This document shows, one piece after another, positions 50,023-62,382 of a DNA stretch of 64,000 nucleotides (position 1 is its first letter; the number at the start of each line of letters is the position of its first letter). A model generated the notes under the pieces. It was not told the DNA's origin. It worked only from the letters and a program-made list of their open reading frames with translations, and searched no databases. Position numbers and translations under genes: made by a program. Origin of the DNA: Eledone cirrhosa (lineage: Eukaryota); the NCBI GenBank assembly GCA_964016885.1, contig OZ024743.1, positions 111,042,001 through 111,106,000 on the forward strand. Reading direction: 5' to 3'.

Positions 50023-50383
50023 TAAAGTGTGGTAAGGAACCAGGCGGACCATAACGCACGAGAGTACTCGATTCTTTAGGTAGTAGAGTGAGTAATAGGA
50101 AAAGGTCCAGGCCACGGGGTCCTGAACCTTTTCCTATTTATATGTGTTTATATCTATATTATATATATATATATGTTTGACCGCTGCTCAGTCAATGATA
50201 AACATTGAGATCCGAATGAATTAACTGTGAATATAGAAATGATACCGAAGCGAAAACCGACCAAACAGTGAGGTATTCTGTTATTATTTCTGGCAATATT
50301 ATTACAACAATATGACCCTCTCCAAGTATAACAATATGTAAATATAGGTATACAATATGTATATATATATATAGAGAGAGAGA

Positions 50384-50436
50384 GAGATTCCTGATAATTT
50401 CTAAAGAATGAAACAGTTCTAGTCCTGTAGAATCTC
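50384..50436 (+). ncRNA. Type I hammerhead motif, family 3 (G8A), in a short microsatellite-flanked element 50384-50518
   Basis: gagattc-CUGAUAA-u ttc taaa gaa u-GAAA-cag ttctagtc ctg-UA-gaatctc. Confidence 0.7.
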
Positions 50437-50517
50437 ATCTATATTAAAACTGTTATACTCTGGTATGTATTGAGTACCATACTTATTGTGGTTACCTCCG
50501 ATTCAACCCGGAATAAC

Positions 50518-50552
<35 letters not shown>

Positions 50553-50736
50553 AGTATTTGCATATATATGTAAGTATTTGCATATCGAGTGTGTTCAGTC
50601 GGCCAGGCGTACCGAAAACGATAAGTTATAATAGAATGAAACGAAATTTCATTTCTCACTCTTTGTACGGCACTTACTTAAATGTAAGTATGTATGTATA
50701 CGTACATACATATATGTATACAGACGTACCGTAGTA

Positions 50737-50802
<66 letters not shown>

Positions 50803-50958
50803 CAGGTACACATATATATATGTACGTATCAGTTTAGCGGACGTTTATTATAACGCCCGCTTTGTCCGTTTGTAATTGTAAACAAACGGACAGCCTGATT
50901 TATGCCGTACGGTGTTAAGGCAACCACGTCACCTTTTTGTTCAACACTGACACAGGAA

Positions 50959-50999
50959 CGATGTACTAGTTTCAAGCTTCTTAGCTATCATTAGCACCG
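50959..50999 (-). ncRNA. Hammerhead, family 4, copy 1 (G5A)
   Basis: cggtg-CUAAUGA-u agct aaga agct u-GAAA-ctag-UA-catcg. Confidence 0.75.
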
Positions 51000-51237
51000 T
51001 ATACCCTTCTGCCAGATGGTTGAACGTTCGAAAGTATATACTTTCCTTATGAAAATTAACGGCTGAGCAGCCTAATTTGCATATCGAGTGAGTTCAGTCG
51101 GCCAGGCGTACCAAAAACGATAAGTTGTAATAGAATGAAAGGAAATTTCATTTCTCACTCTTAGACGGCACTTACTTAAATGTAATTATGTATGTATACG
51201 TACATACATATATGTATACAGACGTACAGTGGCATGC

Positions 51238-51268
<31 letters not shown>

Positions 51269-51422
51269 CATACAGGTACACATATATATATGTACGTATC
51301 AGTTTAGCGGACGTTTATTATAACGCCCGGTTTGTCCGTTTGTAAACAAACGGACAGCCTGATTTATGCCGTACGGTGTTAAGGTAACCGCGTCACCTTT
51401 TTGTTCAACACTGACAGAGGAA

Positions 51423-51463
51423 CGATGTACTAGTTTCAAGCTTCTTAGCTAACAACAGCACCG
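51423..51463 (-). ncRNA. Hammerhead, family 4, copy 2 (core decayed)
   Basis: cggtg-CUGUUGU-u agct aaga agct u-GAAA-ctag-UA-catcg. Confidence 0.7.
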
Positions 51464-51729
51464 CATACCCTTCTGCCAGATGGTTGAACGTTGAAAGTAT
51501 ATACTTTCCTTATGAAAATTAACGGCTCAGCAGCCTAATTTGCATATCGAGTGAGTTCAGTCGGCCAGGCGTGAGAAATGAAATTTTGTTTCATTCTATT
51601 ACAACTTATTGTTTTCGGTACGCCTGGCCGACTGAACTCACTCGATATGCAAATTAGGCTGCTCAGCCGTTAATTTTCATAAGGAAAGTATATACTTTCG
51701 AACGTTCAACCATCTGGCACAAGGGTATA

Positions 51730-51770
51730 CGGTGCTGATGATTGCTAAGAAGCTTGAAACAAGTACATCG
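51730..51770 (+). ncRNA. Hammerhead, family 4, copy 3 (intact core)
   Basis: cggtg-CUGAUGA-u tgct aaga agct u-GAAA-caag-UA-catcg. Confidence 0.8.
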
Positions 51771-51918
51771 TTCCTGTGTCAGTGTTGAACAAAAAGGTGA
51801 CGTGGTTGCCTTAACACCGTACGGCATAAATCAGGCTGTCCGTTTGTTTACAAACGGCCAAAGCGGGCGTTATAATAAACGTCCGCTAAACTGATGCGTA
51901 CATATATATGTGTACCTG

Positions 51919-51950
<32 letters not shown>

Positions 51951-51954
<4 letters not shown>

Positions 51955-52160
51955 TAAGAGGAATTCCAATTTTGTCTGATTTACTCGTTTTATTTACAAT
52001 CCTTTAAAATGTATGATGGTATTATAATGAAATAGTATGATAGAATATTAAATTCTAAGTGTTATTTGAACAAGTACTTTCATGCTTTCAAAATCTTCAG
52101 GTTCATGATATGTGGTGACAGTCAAGTTTGCAATTTTCAACTGTGAAATGTTCACAGTTA
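51951..52160 (-). mobile_element. PLE-type pLTR fragment with hammerhead family 5 (52067-52105)
   Basis: tgaac-CUGAAGA-tttt gaaa gcat-GAAA-gtac-UU-gttca; ~200 bp homologous to 58265-58450 in opposite orientation; ends in (TA)n. Confidence 0.75.
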
Positions 52161-52305
52161 AAATATGTATGTATACATGTATATATATATATATATGCAT
52201 AATACATGTACATGTATATATATATATATATATATGTATGTATGCATGTGTATATAAGTATGTATGATATATGTATATATCTATGTATGCATGTATATAT
52301 ATATA

Positions 52306-52880
52306 TGTCAGGTCACCAGTTGGTGCTACCGGTAACATGTATCCCAGTACAACTTGTCTCATGGTCGGGTCGTTGGCGACTAAACTGGCAACCCCACCAA
52401 GGTTTCTTGGTGAGGAGGGTGACTTTGGACATCCTGCAGGACTAAAAACAAAACCTGTCAAAGGGTAAAGAAGCTCTTAAGAGTTAATGCCTATCCAAAA
52501 TCACCCGGAGAGATAACCCCTTAGCCTTTGTCAAGGCAGAATTCTAGGAGAAGGAAAACTCTGATATAACACAGGCACCCTGATAGTATCCAATGATGTT
52601 GTTCTTTTTGGTAAATATCATTTTGGTTAAGAGAGTGGGTCTGGCTTTGTGCAGTGCCTTTGCTCTCTAGAAAAGCTTCAGGGCACAGTCATTGCTTTAT
52701 ATCTGGAGATCTCTCTGCACATGGTACAATGGGCCCAACACTATGTGTCAATAATTGCCACAAATGTAGTTTTCAAGTCGCTGGCTGGACTAAAAAGTCA
52801 CACTCGTTCAGCGCATCGGTAGGGGTTCTCCTACATGAATATAAATATTGGCCGTAACTCGAAAACGAGTTGGGAGCCAC
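52306..52880 (-). mobile_element. RTE/BovB-like 5' UTR fragment
   Basis: Reverse complement aligns with ~8690-8885 (tttgacag..cctgcagga.gtcca..gtttagtcgc..tactgg..acatgttacc.gtagcacc..gtgacctgac). Confidence 0.75.
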
Positions 52881-52881
52881 C

Positions 52882-52981
<100 letters not shown>

Positions 52982-52999
52982 TTGTTTTTTGTTTATTTT

Positions 53000-55400
53000 C
53001 AATTGTAACTATCGATAGCGTTCCATAGGTTTATGCGTTTGGTATCCTGGATATATTTTATTGTAGAATCGGCGGCTAAACAAATATAACAACTGTTTTT
53101 CGTCAATCTTTACACGTTAATAACTATAGACTGTTTGTTTGTACACATGTCTAATCGGTCTGAAATATATAAATCCCATACCATCCCAGACGGCTCCAAT
53201 ACAAAACTGTGTGTATGTAAAACTTACTAATATAAGCAATCTGATATTTTATGATTTTCCCTAACGTTCAAATAAGTTCGATATGAAATATTCAACTATC
53301 CTTAGTTTTGACATCTAACATTATCAGATTACGCTATTCGAACATTTCTACGATTACGAGACGTCAAAGTATTGTTGATGTATCATGTATGGTAATGTCT
53401 ATTTAGAAGGAAAGAAGACAAGAATAGTTTGACTTTCAAAAGTGAACATTTTATAATTTGCTATAATCAGAAACGTGTTGAATATTTCATGTCCCAACTG
53501 TAGGTGTTTCTTTATTTCATAGATTATCAATAGGTGATAATAAAAGCATCACTGCTCTATATTTAAATTTAATGACTTTCCATCGTGCGTTGATAAATAT
53601 GGGTAGAAGCACATACTATAATTAATTACAGTTGCCGTTGCATACTTCTTTGTACGCAGTGCCGTATTTAATGGAGGGAGCAAAGGGAGAATTTTCCCCA
53701 GGCTGCCTGCAGTGAAGGAGGGGTTGCACCAGTGACGGACGTAGCAATTTATTTGTAACTTCAGCTGGTTTTTAGTTGCAACATTGTTAATAGTTTTGAA
53801 TTGATTACATATATGCAACTAATTTATATGTATAAATTTGTTGCACAAAACTAACTTTCAAATGTAGAATTGTCGGATTTGGTGTGTATTCTAGTTGTTT
53901 GTGTATTAGGGCCCCCGAAACTTGAAGTGCCCCACGCCCCCTAATGCCTATATTCAACCCTTTATGTACGTTTCTAGATGCATTTGTATTCACTAGGTTT
54001 GATCTTTCAGAAACAATGTAGTTTATCATGCCTTTATATTTTTCACACAAAGCAGATTATGTGTCTGTTCCAGCGTTGTTGGTGCGATCGTGAAAGTAAT
54101 TAGTAATTAGTAGCGATAGATGGTTTTCTGAAAATTCCTAGGAAAACGAGTATTAGCAAGACGATGAAGTTTAATCAGGTGGCACCATGTTCCTATTAAC
54201 AAGCGGTTAGTCTATAAGCTAATGAAGAGGAACTACACACTCGCATTGATACACTTTACTGTTTTAGCATCTATGTGTGTGTATTTCTGTGTGTGTATGT
54301 ATTTATAAATACATACAAATTTGCGGGAAAATATAATTTGGAGCTCACATTATACTAAACATTATTGTAGATTTGTTCTATCATTATACAGATTTGTTTT
54401 CCTTATTGCTAACACAGTATTACATACCTAAAGGAAAGATTGTTATAGGTATCTAGCTGTGGCTACCAAAACTACAATGTAAGCTGCAGTGTGTCCTTTA
54501 CTGACATATCATGTCTCATATATGCAGTACATTTAAAATTGCAAAATGTGATTGTGTTATGACAAAATATGCAAGACTGGGCCTATGTAAAATTTAACAT
54601 ATAGATACTTTCATCATTATTCATATCAGCAGGGCATTTACGAAGGCATTCTTTCTGAAAATGTCCGTCAAATTTCAAGCCGTTTTCCTAGAACATTCCG
54701 TGTCGAGCATTGCGGTCTAGGATTTGTTGCACATATGTAAGCATAATGAGATCAAGGCTGAGTTGAATTTATTTACTCATAGCTGATATGGACTGAACAA
54801 CATGTGTATGTTTTAACTGATTTAGAACAGTCATTTCTATATTTCTTCATATTCAGCATGTTTTCTTTAATTAAAGTTTATATCCTACATTTTACCGCTT
54901 TATCCTACTTTTCCCATTGTCACTAAACGTGGAATGTACTCTGTTGGAAACCAAATATGACTGGTTTAGAAATATTTGATTTTAAGTATGTATGTAATGC
55001 AGCTTCTTTCTTTTTTATTTGATATGATTGTGTAAATAGTACGCTTGTTATTAAACGAACAGCCATACCGGTAAGAAACACATATATAGTTGTTAATTAA
55101 ATATTCGCTTGGTTTGAAGTGCGTTGTGAAAATACTGTGACAATTGAAAAAAACATTGCATTTTGACTGTATTCCAACTTGTATCATTAGACCCTGCATG
55201 ATTGCTATGCACTCATGTCTTTACTTTTCCATATATAAATATATAATATGCAGTATAAAATTTGAACAATATCATTTGATATATAAATATAGTCAGACGT
55301 TAAATCAATGCGACGAAGTCTACACAATATTTATATTTACTAGTACTAAGCATTTTCTTCTATAGTTGCAACGGCCCTAACCTAATAACATTTTATTTAT
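53000..55400 (-). pseudogene. Decayed parvovirus-like element, unit E (NS1-like 54330-55200; VP-like 53000-53650)
   Basis: ORF 54966-55199 QVGIQSKCNVFFNCHSIFTTHF (HUH-like)..SCITYILK (YxxK); then DLIML..QQILDRNA, KDTLQL, NNLSF..GKQICIMIE (Walker B-like); VP-like INYSMCFYPYL and KVKLFLSSF. Confidence 0.5.
53658..53962. mobile_element. Degraded hAT-like MITE
   Basis: Starts cagtgccgtattta; GC-rich subterminal gggcccc/gcccc motifs; decayed right end. Confidence 0.45.
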
Positions 55401-55552
55401 TTGGCAACATGGTAGCAGATTAGATCTGCGATTACATTTACCTAGAAACGTTTCACTTCTTCTAAATACATGATTTACTGCAATAAATGTGCACATTCGT
55501 GTATAATCGTATTTACATTCATATTATTATTAAAATCAGAAAACATTATTAA

Positions 55553-56130
55553 TGCTTTTCATCCTTACGAGGTCGATAAAATAAAGTACCAGTAATGTAC
55601 TGGGCAAATGCTGTACTTGTGCCAAAAGTAGAAACAATTATTAATATCATTGTTGGTGTTGTTGTTGTTTTGGCTACTACTGTCACTGCTGCTGCTATTA
55701 CTACTAACCACTACTACTACCACTACTACTGCTATTACTACTATCACTACTACTACTACCCCCACCATTACTACTAATACTACCACCACCACCGCCATTA
55801 CTACTACTACTACTATTACTACTACTACTACTACTACTACTGCTACTAGCACCATTACTACAATTACCACAAGTACTACTACCCCCACCAGTATTACTAC
55901 TACTACTACCACTACTACTACTACCACTACTACTACTATTACTACTAGTACTACGACCACCACCGCTACTACTATTACTGATATTACCACTAACACCACA
56001 ACTATTGCTACTAAAACTACTACTACTAATACTACTACTACTAATAATAATAATAATAATAATAATTGTTTCTACTTTAGGCACAAGGCCAGCAATTATC
56101 AGTGCATTACTGGTACTTTATTTTATCGAC
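55553..56130. repeat. (CTA/CCA)n microsatellite bracketed by two tail-to-tail SINE 3' halves
   Basis: SINE core/tail on plus at 55553-55643 and on minus at 56065-56130. Confidence 0.85.
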
Positions 56131-56149
56131 GCTTTTTATCGACACTTTT

Positions 56150-56305
56150 TGGAACGCTTCAAAAGTCATGCTTGCTGGGCACAGCAAGAACCCTCCGATA
56201 CGTCCTGAATATCTGAGGCTGCAGGTAGTGGCTTTATATTCATTTCAACAAACTTTACAGTTAACTAACAACAATGCCTGAGACTCAAACAACAATAATA
56301 ATAAT
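56150..56305 (+). mobile_element. R4/Dong-type extreme 3' fragment
   Basis: LQKSCLLGTARTLRYVLNI* matches IQKIVLLGTAHILRKILSI* of 39397-39696; short UTR and (aat)n tail. Confidence 0.7.
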
Positions 56306-56827
56306 ACTATTACCACTACTACCAATGCTACTATATACATATTACAAATATTACTATAAAGAAATTCGAGCACTGTCATATTAAGCCATTGTCGTATGTT
56401 TGAATTCAATTTCAGTTGCGTTATTATTCGTTTATATAGGATTTGGTGCGATGACAAATGTGAATTGGTATGGCACCGTGGAAAGGAAATATACTGATTA
56501 ATGTCGTGATATGAGTCCTACAGGTATAGAAGTAAGGAGAGAAATTAAATAATTTGTATTTAATTTGAAGAACTTCCAAATTCGATTATATGAAAGACTA
56601 ATTAGCCAACTATGTTTACATATCTGAGTTATTATAGACCTATACAATCTTAGTTTATCATTGTTGGCAGCGATAATCAAGAGTTTCATGAGACAATATA
56701 AAACATATTAAACTTAATATGTAATAGTGTAAGTAAAATTGCATGTAATATAATATTACATAGTGGAATTATAATGCGTTAAACTTAGTTTATTGTACAT
56801 ATCAAATGTATATAACAGTTATATGAA

Positions 56828-57170
56828 TAATTGTTTCTAATTCGGCACAAGGCCAGCAATTATCGAGTACATTACTGGTACTTTATGTTATCGACCCTGT
56901 AAGGATGAACGGCAAAGTTAACTGTTATATGAATAATGACATCAGAAAACGATATAATGGTTTCATATATAGGCAACAAGGTCAACCATTTTAGGGGAGG
57001 GGAAAAATGATTAAATCGACCGAAGTGCGTGATTGGTAATTTATTTATCGACCCCGTAAGGATGAAAGGCAAAGTTAAACTCGGCGGTATTTGAACTGAG
57101 ATCATAAAGGATTGTAACTCCATGCAGTAAAGCATAGATTCCGACTCTCTACCGATACTGCCTATCCACA
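56828..57170 (-). mobile_element. Two SINE copies (3' half plus full long variant)
   Basis: Core, tail and head motifs. Confidence 0.85.
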
Positions 57171-57479
57171 TACTTGATACTTTTATAATAATTACTTTAA
57201 AAAATATGCATAGTTATATACATGTATATGTATGTATATATATATATATAAAATATAGAAGTTTACATACACATAAACTAGACAGAGCCATATATATATA
57301 TATATATATATATATTGTATTTTAATTATGTCTCATAAAATAATACAACTGGCTATCCGCAACATACATATAGTTAGCACCCCAAACGTAAAATTGGGAT
57401 TATACTAAGGTATATCCTAATGTTTGTTGAGTGAGATGGAAGCCGATCGGAGCATTGCTTAAAGCTTTCTCTGTTAATG

Positions 57480-57520
<41 letters not shown>

Positions 57521-57789
57521 ATTGGCAATCCTTCACGGTGTGGCTCAATGACGAATTAATTAATTAAGTCAGAAACTTGTGATTGGTGCCTGACGGTGAG
57601 TAGGCTGGTTGCTAGAAAGCGCAGCCGAATACTGCCTAAAGTTTTACTCAACCTTACGGGAGTATATACAATATAGAAGTGTACATACACATAAACTAAA
57701 CAGAGCCATATATATATATATATATATATGTTTATTGGCAACAATTCACAGTGTGGCTCAATGACGAATTAATTAATCAACAATCAGAG

Positions 57790-58450
57790 CAATATATAAG
57801 AAAGTAAGTCCATAGAATCATTTGATATACAATATTTCTTCTCCCAATCAGCATAATCAACCTAATAAAAACATAATTTAAATGAGCCTATAAGTTTAAT
57901 ATGTACCTATGAAGAAATAATAGATAAATAAATTAAAGCTTTTTATCCACGATCCACAGCCACAGTATTGCTGAAAGTCTGTAGAAATTGACTAGACATA
58001 TAGTCACCCATACATAATTAAGTACACAATCAAAGTTAGAAGAAAAAATGTACATAAATGTACTAGAATCATATATTTACCCCCGAATGAAACCTCCGGG
58101 GGTAGAGTTTGATGCTTTGGATAGGGACAAATAGAAGTCGTTCGACATGATCAACCAACCGTGACGCCTAAACGAATCAGCTTTAGTAATCTAGTGAAAC
58201 CACTCACCGATTGGTCGAAATACCGTTTGCAAAACTTAGTATTCTGTAGCCCCTTTTAACTCATTATAGTTCAAAAATGCAAACTTGACTGTCACCACAG
58301 AATTTGAACCTGAAGATTGCGAAAGCATGAAAGTTTTGTTCAATTAACATTTAATATTCTACCTTACTATTTCATTATAATATCATTATAATTTTAAAGG
58401 ATTGTAAATAAAACGAGTAAATCAGACAGTTGGTATTCCTTTTATTAATA
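57790..58450 (+). mobile_element. Decayed PLE 3' end with hammerhead family 5 (58304-58343)
   Basis: ttgaac-CUGAAGA-u tgc gaaa gca u-GAAA-gtttt-gttcaa. Upstream SIAESL and INVLESYIY..KP resemble the end of a Poseidon-type GIY-YIG domain (weak). Confidence 0.6.
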
Positions 58451-58793
58451 TAATCTTCTATACACAACCATACACACTCGTGTATATTTATTTATATATA
58501 TATATATGTGTGTGTGGGTGTGTGTGGGCGTGTGTATGTGTATGTGCGTGTATGCGCGTGTGTGTGTGTATGTATGTGTATGTGTGTGCGTGTGTGTGTA
58601 TGTGGGTGTGTGTGTGTGTGTGTATCCCGGGTTCAATCGGAGTAACCACAGTAAGTAAGGTACTACTTAAGTAGATTTTACGTAACCTGGCCATTAAAAT
58701 ATATATATAGTGTTTTTACAACAATAAAATTCTAAGGGAACTTCACTAGTCCGGCTTCCTGTCATTTTATTCAAACTAATATATACATTCTTA

Positions 58794-59000
<207 letters not shown>

Positions 59001-59453
59001 AAGAATGTATATTCACGTGAATATCTGAGTATATGCATATATCGAGAGAGACTGTATATTTCAGAAAGAAAATATGACGTTATTTATATTCGATAATGTG
59101 TATCTCTAAAATATATTGCATAACATTTTATTTTCAGATAAGACTATAGATATACATTTCAGTATATATATAATTCTGCAAAATTGAATACTACTGCTCA
59201 GAATGTAGTAAAATCAAATCGTTAGGAAGAATGCTTCCGTTCCAACATATCTTGTAATTTAATAGCAAAGTTACGAATTGCTCTGCCTCAAGTAAATATA
59301 CTGTGCCTACCTTGCAAATCATTTTAGTATTTCCTTTATTAGAATATCTATAATCATACTTACTGCTATTTGTTATATTACTATCATTACTATTATTATG
59401 ATGATGAATATCATTATTATTATTAATAATAATATTAATGATACTATTCCCTT

Positions 59454-59521
<68 letters not shown>

Positions 59522-60533
59522 ATAGTAGTAACAGCAACAACAATAATATATATACATATATATAAACAATTTATGTTCGCTCATAACATGGTGGGTATCT
59601 AAATTTATTCGTCAGTATATAACGATAATATTATAATGATATAATAATATTATTGATACTCGAATCGTTTGCAAGCAAAATGCTTCAGACGAAAGCATAC
59701 ACGATCTCAATAAGGAGCAATAACTCCGAACATTTGTCAGTTGTTTTCGCTCAGCTACCACTGGAACAGGAGCATGACGCTGTCATCTAGATAACACACT
59801 TGGTGTATCTGTTAGAACACGAAAAGTGTGAAACACAGAATGTTCACTTTTCGTGTTCTAACATATATGCCTAGCTTCTTTAAAAAATTTTCGGGGATAG
59901 CCGTGGTGGTGGTGATCGTATGTCATTGGCTAATTTTCAACCAATCAGAGTACCTCTCTCTATATCTCTTCCACTGTTACTTACGCCTGTTTCTCTCTAT
60001 CTGTTCCGTCTCTATATATATCTCTTACTCTTTCGCTTTGCACTCCTCCCCTTCAATACCATCTCTCCCCCTCTCTATATATTTGTTACTCTATCGCTGC
60101 ACGCTCCTCTCCTTCAATATATCAATTACACACGCTTTACACTCCTTTATCCCCAGCGCCCCTATATATACACCCCCCTCTCCCGCATCTATATTTTAAT
60201 GTACCGTTGCACCGTGAATATATGTGTCTATATATATATATACATATATATTGTATATACACATTCATGTATGTATATACACTGGTTTTATGTGTGTATT
60301 GTAAATTTGTACTGTTAAAACACGAAACTAACATTCGATTGACACTTTGATTACCTGTACAGGCAATAGTTATTAGAATGCTGTTGAAGTGTGTATATAT
60401 TTTTGGGGGACATCCTGTATATACACACATTATATATAATACAATAAACAGATAAATACACACATATATATATGAGCTTATTTAATTATAAATATTGTGA
60501 ATTTTTAACTCAGTTCAATTATATATATAAATG

Positions 60534-60580
60534 GCTTCTACAGGACTAGAACTGTTTCATTCGAAAGAAATCATCATAAT
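60534..60580 (-). ncRNA. Hammerhead motif, family 3, copy 2 (C3A, 5' stem lost)
   Basis: AUGAUGA-u ttc tttc gaa u-GAAA-cag ttctagtc ctg-UA-gaa; 27 nt identical to 50406-50432. Confidence 0.6.
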
Positions 60581-61191
60581 ATTGAGAGGGGGGACTAGAT
60601 AAAATATTTCAAATCAAATGTGTATAAGTTATAAGTTAAAATGTATAAATAGAGACGATAGTGGAGGTATATCTGTTTAGTGGAACAGTAGACGATAGAA
60701 TTAAATACAGACGATAATCTCCCTTTAATGAAACAGCAGACGATAGAATTAAGGCAATTTAAATTTTAAGCATTTGCATTTTTGCCTTTCATCGTTACGG
60801 GGTCGATAAAATAAAGTACCAGTAATACACTGTCACTAGACGACTTTCAAATTGAATTGTTGGTTCCATTTCTTTAGTATTTTCAATTGTAGTTATCTAC
60901 TTAAAAAGCGTTACACGGTTAGAGACATAATTCGTAAGTTATATCTTCCCTATTAAACCATTGCATTATTTCGCCTACAATAGAACAAAAATGAAATGTT
61001 CTTTAAAGAAACAGGAATATAACTTTATAAAAAAAAAGTTGCATCCGCTTCTTTTATCATTGATAATTTTTTCGTTTTAATATTAATTGTTTTTTGTAGT
61101 TGTTTATATTAAAAATCTTACTGTAATATTTACTTAAACGAAGGCAAACATCTAAACTTATAGATTAATCTTGAGCGAAGGACTAGATAAA

Positions 61192-61264
<73 letters not shown>

Positions 61265-61649
61265 GAAGAATGATAAAATTTCAAGCAAAGAGTTTAATTA
61301 TGTATATTTTGTAATATTATTAACTAATTATTATAATTAACGCGCATATTTTGCTATCCTCAAACACGTTTACACATGGCATGAAATATAACTAATCCGA
61401 GATGGCTAGGTTTCATCTTCTAACTGGATAAACGAAATCCATTATGTCTTGACAACAACATGAGGTAACATTATGTTATTCACAGACACACTTTGTACAC
61501 TGTTCCATATCAGAATGTATTTCCTTCGTCACATTCACAAACAGTATTGAAAATATGTTCTTCGGCAAATAAAAATGTTTTGTTCATAATGTTTATTTCA
61601 ACTAGCGATTGCTCTACTTCACGCACGACCACCATAAATTAATGACCAG

Positions 61650-61832
61650 CTCAACACAAGTATTGGTAGAGCGTCAGACACCATGCTTTGCAGTATTGTT
61701 ATGGTCCTTTGCATTCTAAGTTCAAATCCTGCCGAGGTTAACTTCGACTTTCATACTTACTAATTCGATAAAATAAAGTACCAGTAATGGACTGCCGTAA
61801 TGGATTTGTGCCGAAAAATAGAAACACTATTA
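61650..61832 (+). mobile_element. SINE copy (decayed); another core fragment at 60775-60835
   Basis: Head, B box and core. Confidence 0.8.
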
Positions 61833-62382
61833 ATGTGCAATAAGAGCAAAATATAACGACATTGCTCAATTATTTTATCTAATGTTGTAATAACACAAGG
61901 AAATGTTGTTTGTGTATTTTTTTTTATATTTGCTCATAGGCTTTTACAATTTCGCTCAGCCAACAACTATTAAAAAGTGAGTTGCTTAAGATAACAATTT
62001 AATCACAAATTGTTGCTATCTTTTAATACACTCCAACAAGTCATCACATTATGTACAATAAAAACAAATCTTATTAATTTGCTCAGGGAATATAAAGAAA
62101 ATGTATATACACTGATAATTGCAAATGTATGTACATATTTTGTTTTTGTATTGTATATTTTATGTTTTCTATTATGTATAATATATTGATTTAATATTGA
62201 TTGTTTTTTGTAGTTGTTTATATTAAAAGTCTGAAAATATTTTTATACATCTTACACTAATATTTATAAGATAATTTATAATAACAATTACATAATCTAA
62301 TTACATTACAACGATAATTTATTATTAATATATATCCTGTTTAACTAGAGTTATTACAAGCGTTGCCTTAAAAAAATATTAA

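Larger units (their letters stand above)
50577..51925. mobile_element. ORF-less retrozyme/pLTR-like array: two tandem ~499/463-bp units plus one inverted partial unit, each with a hammerhead
   Basis: catatcgagtg at 50581, 51080 and 51543; 51571-51925 is the reverse complement of the unit; (TA)n flanks. Confidence 0.85.
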
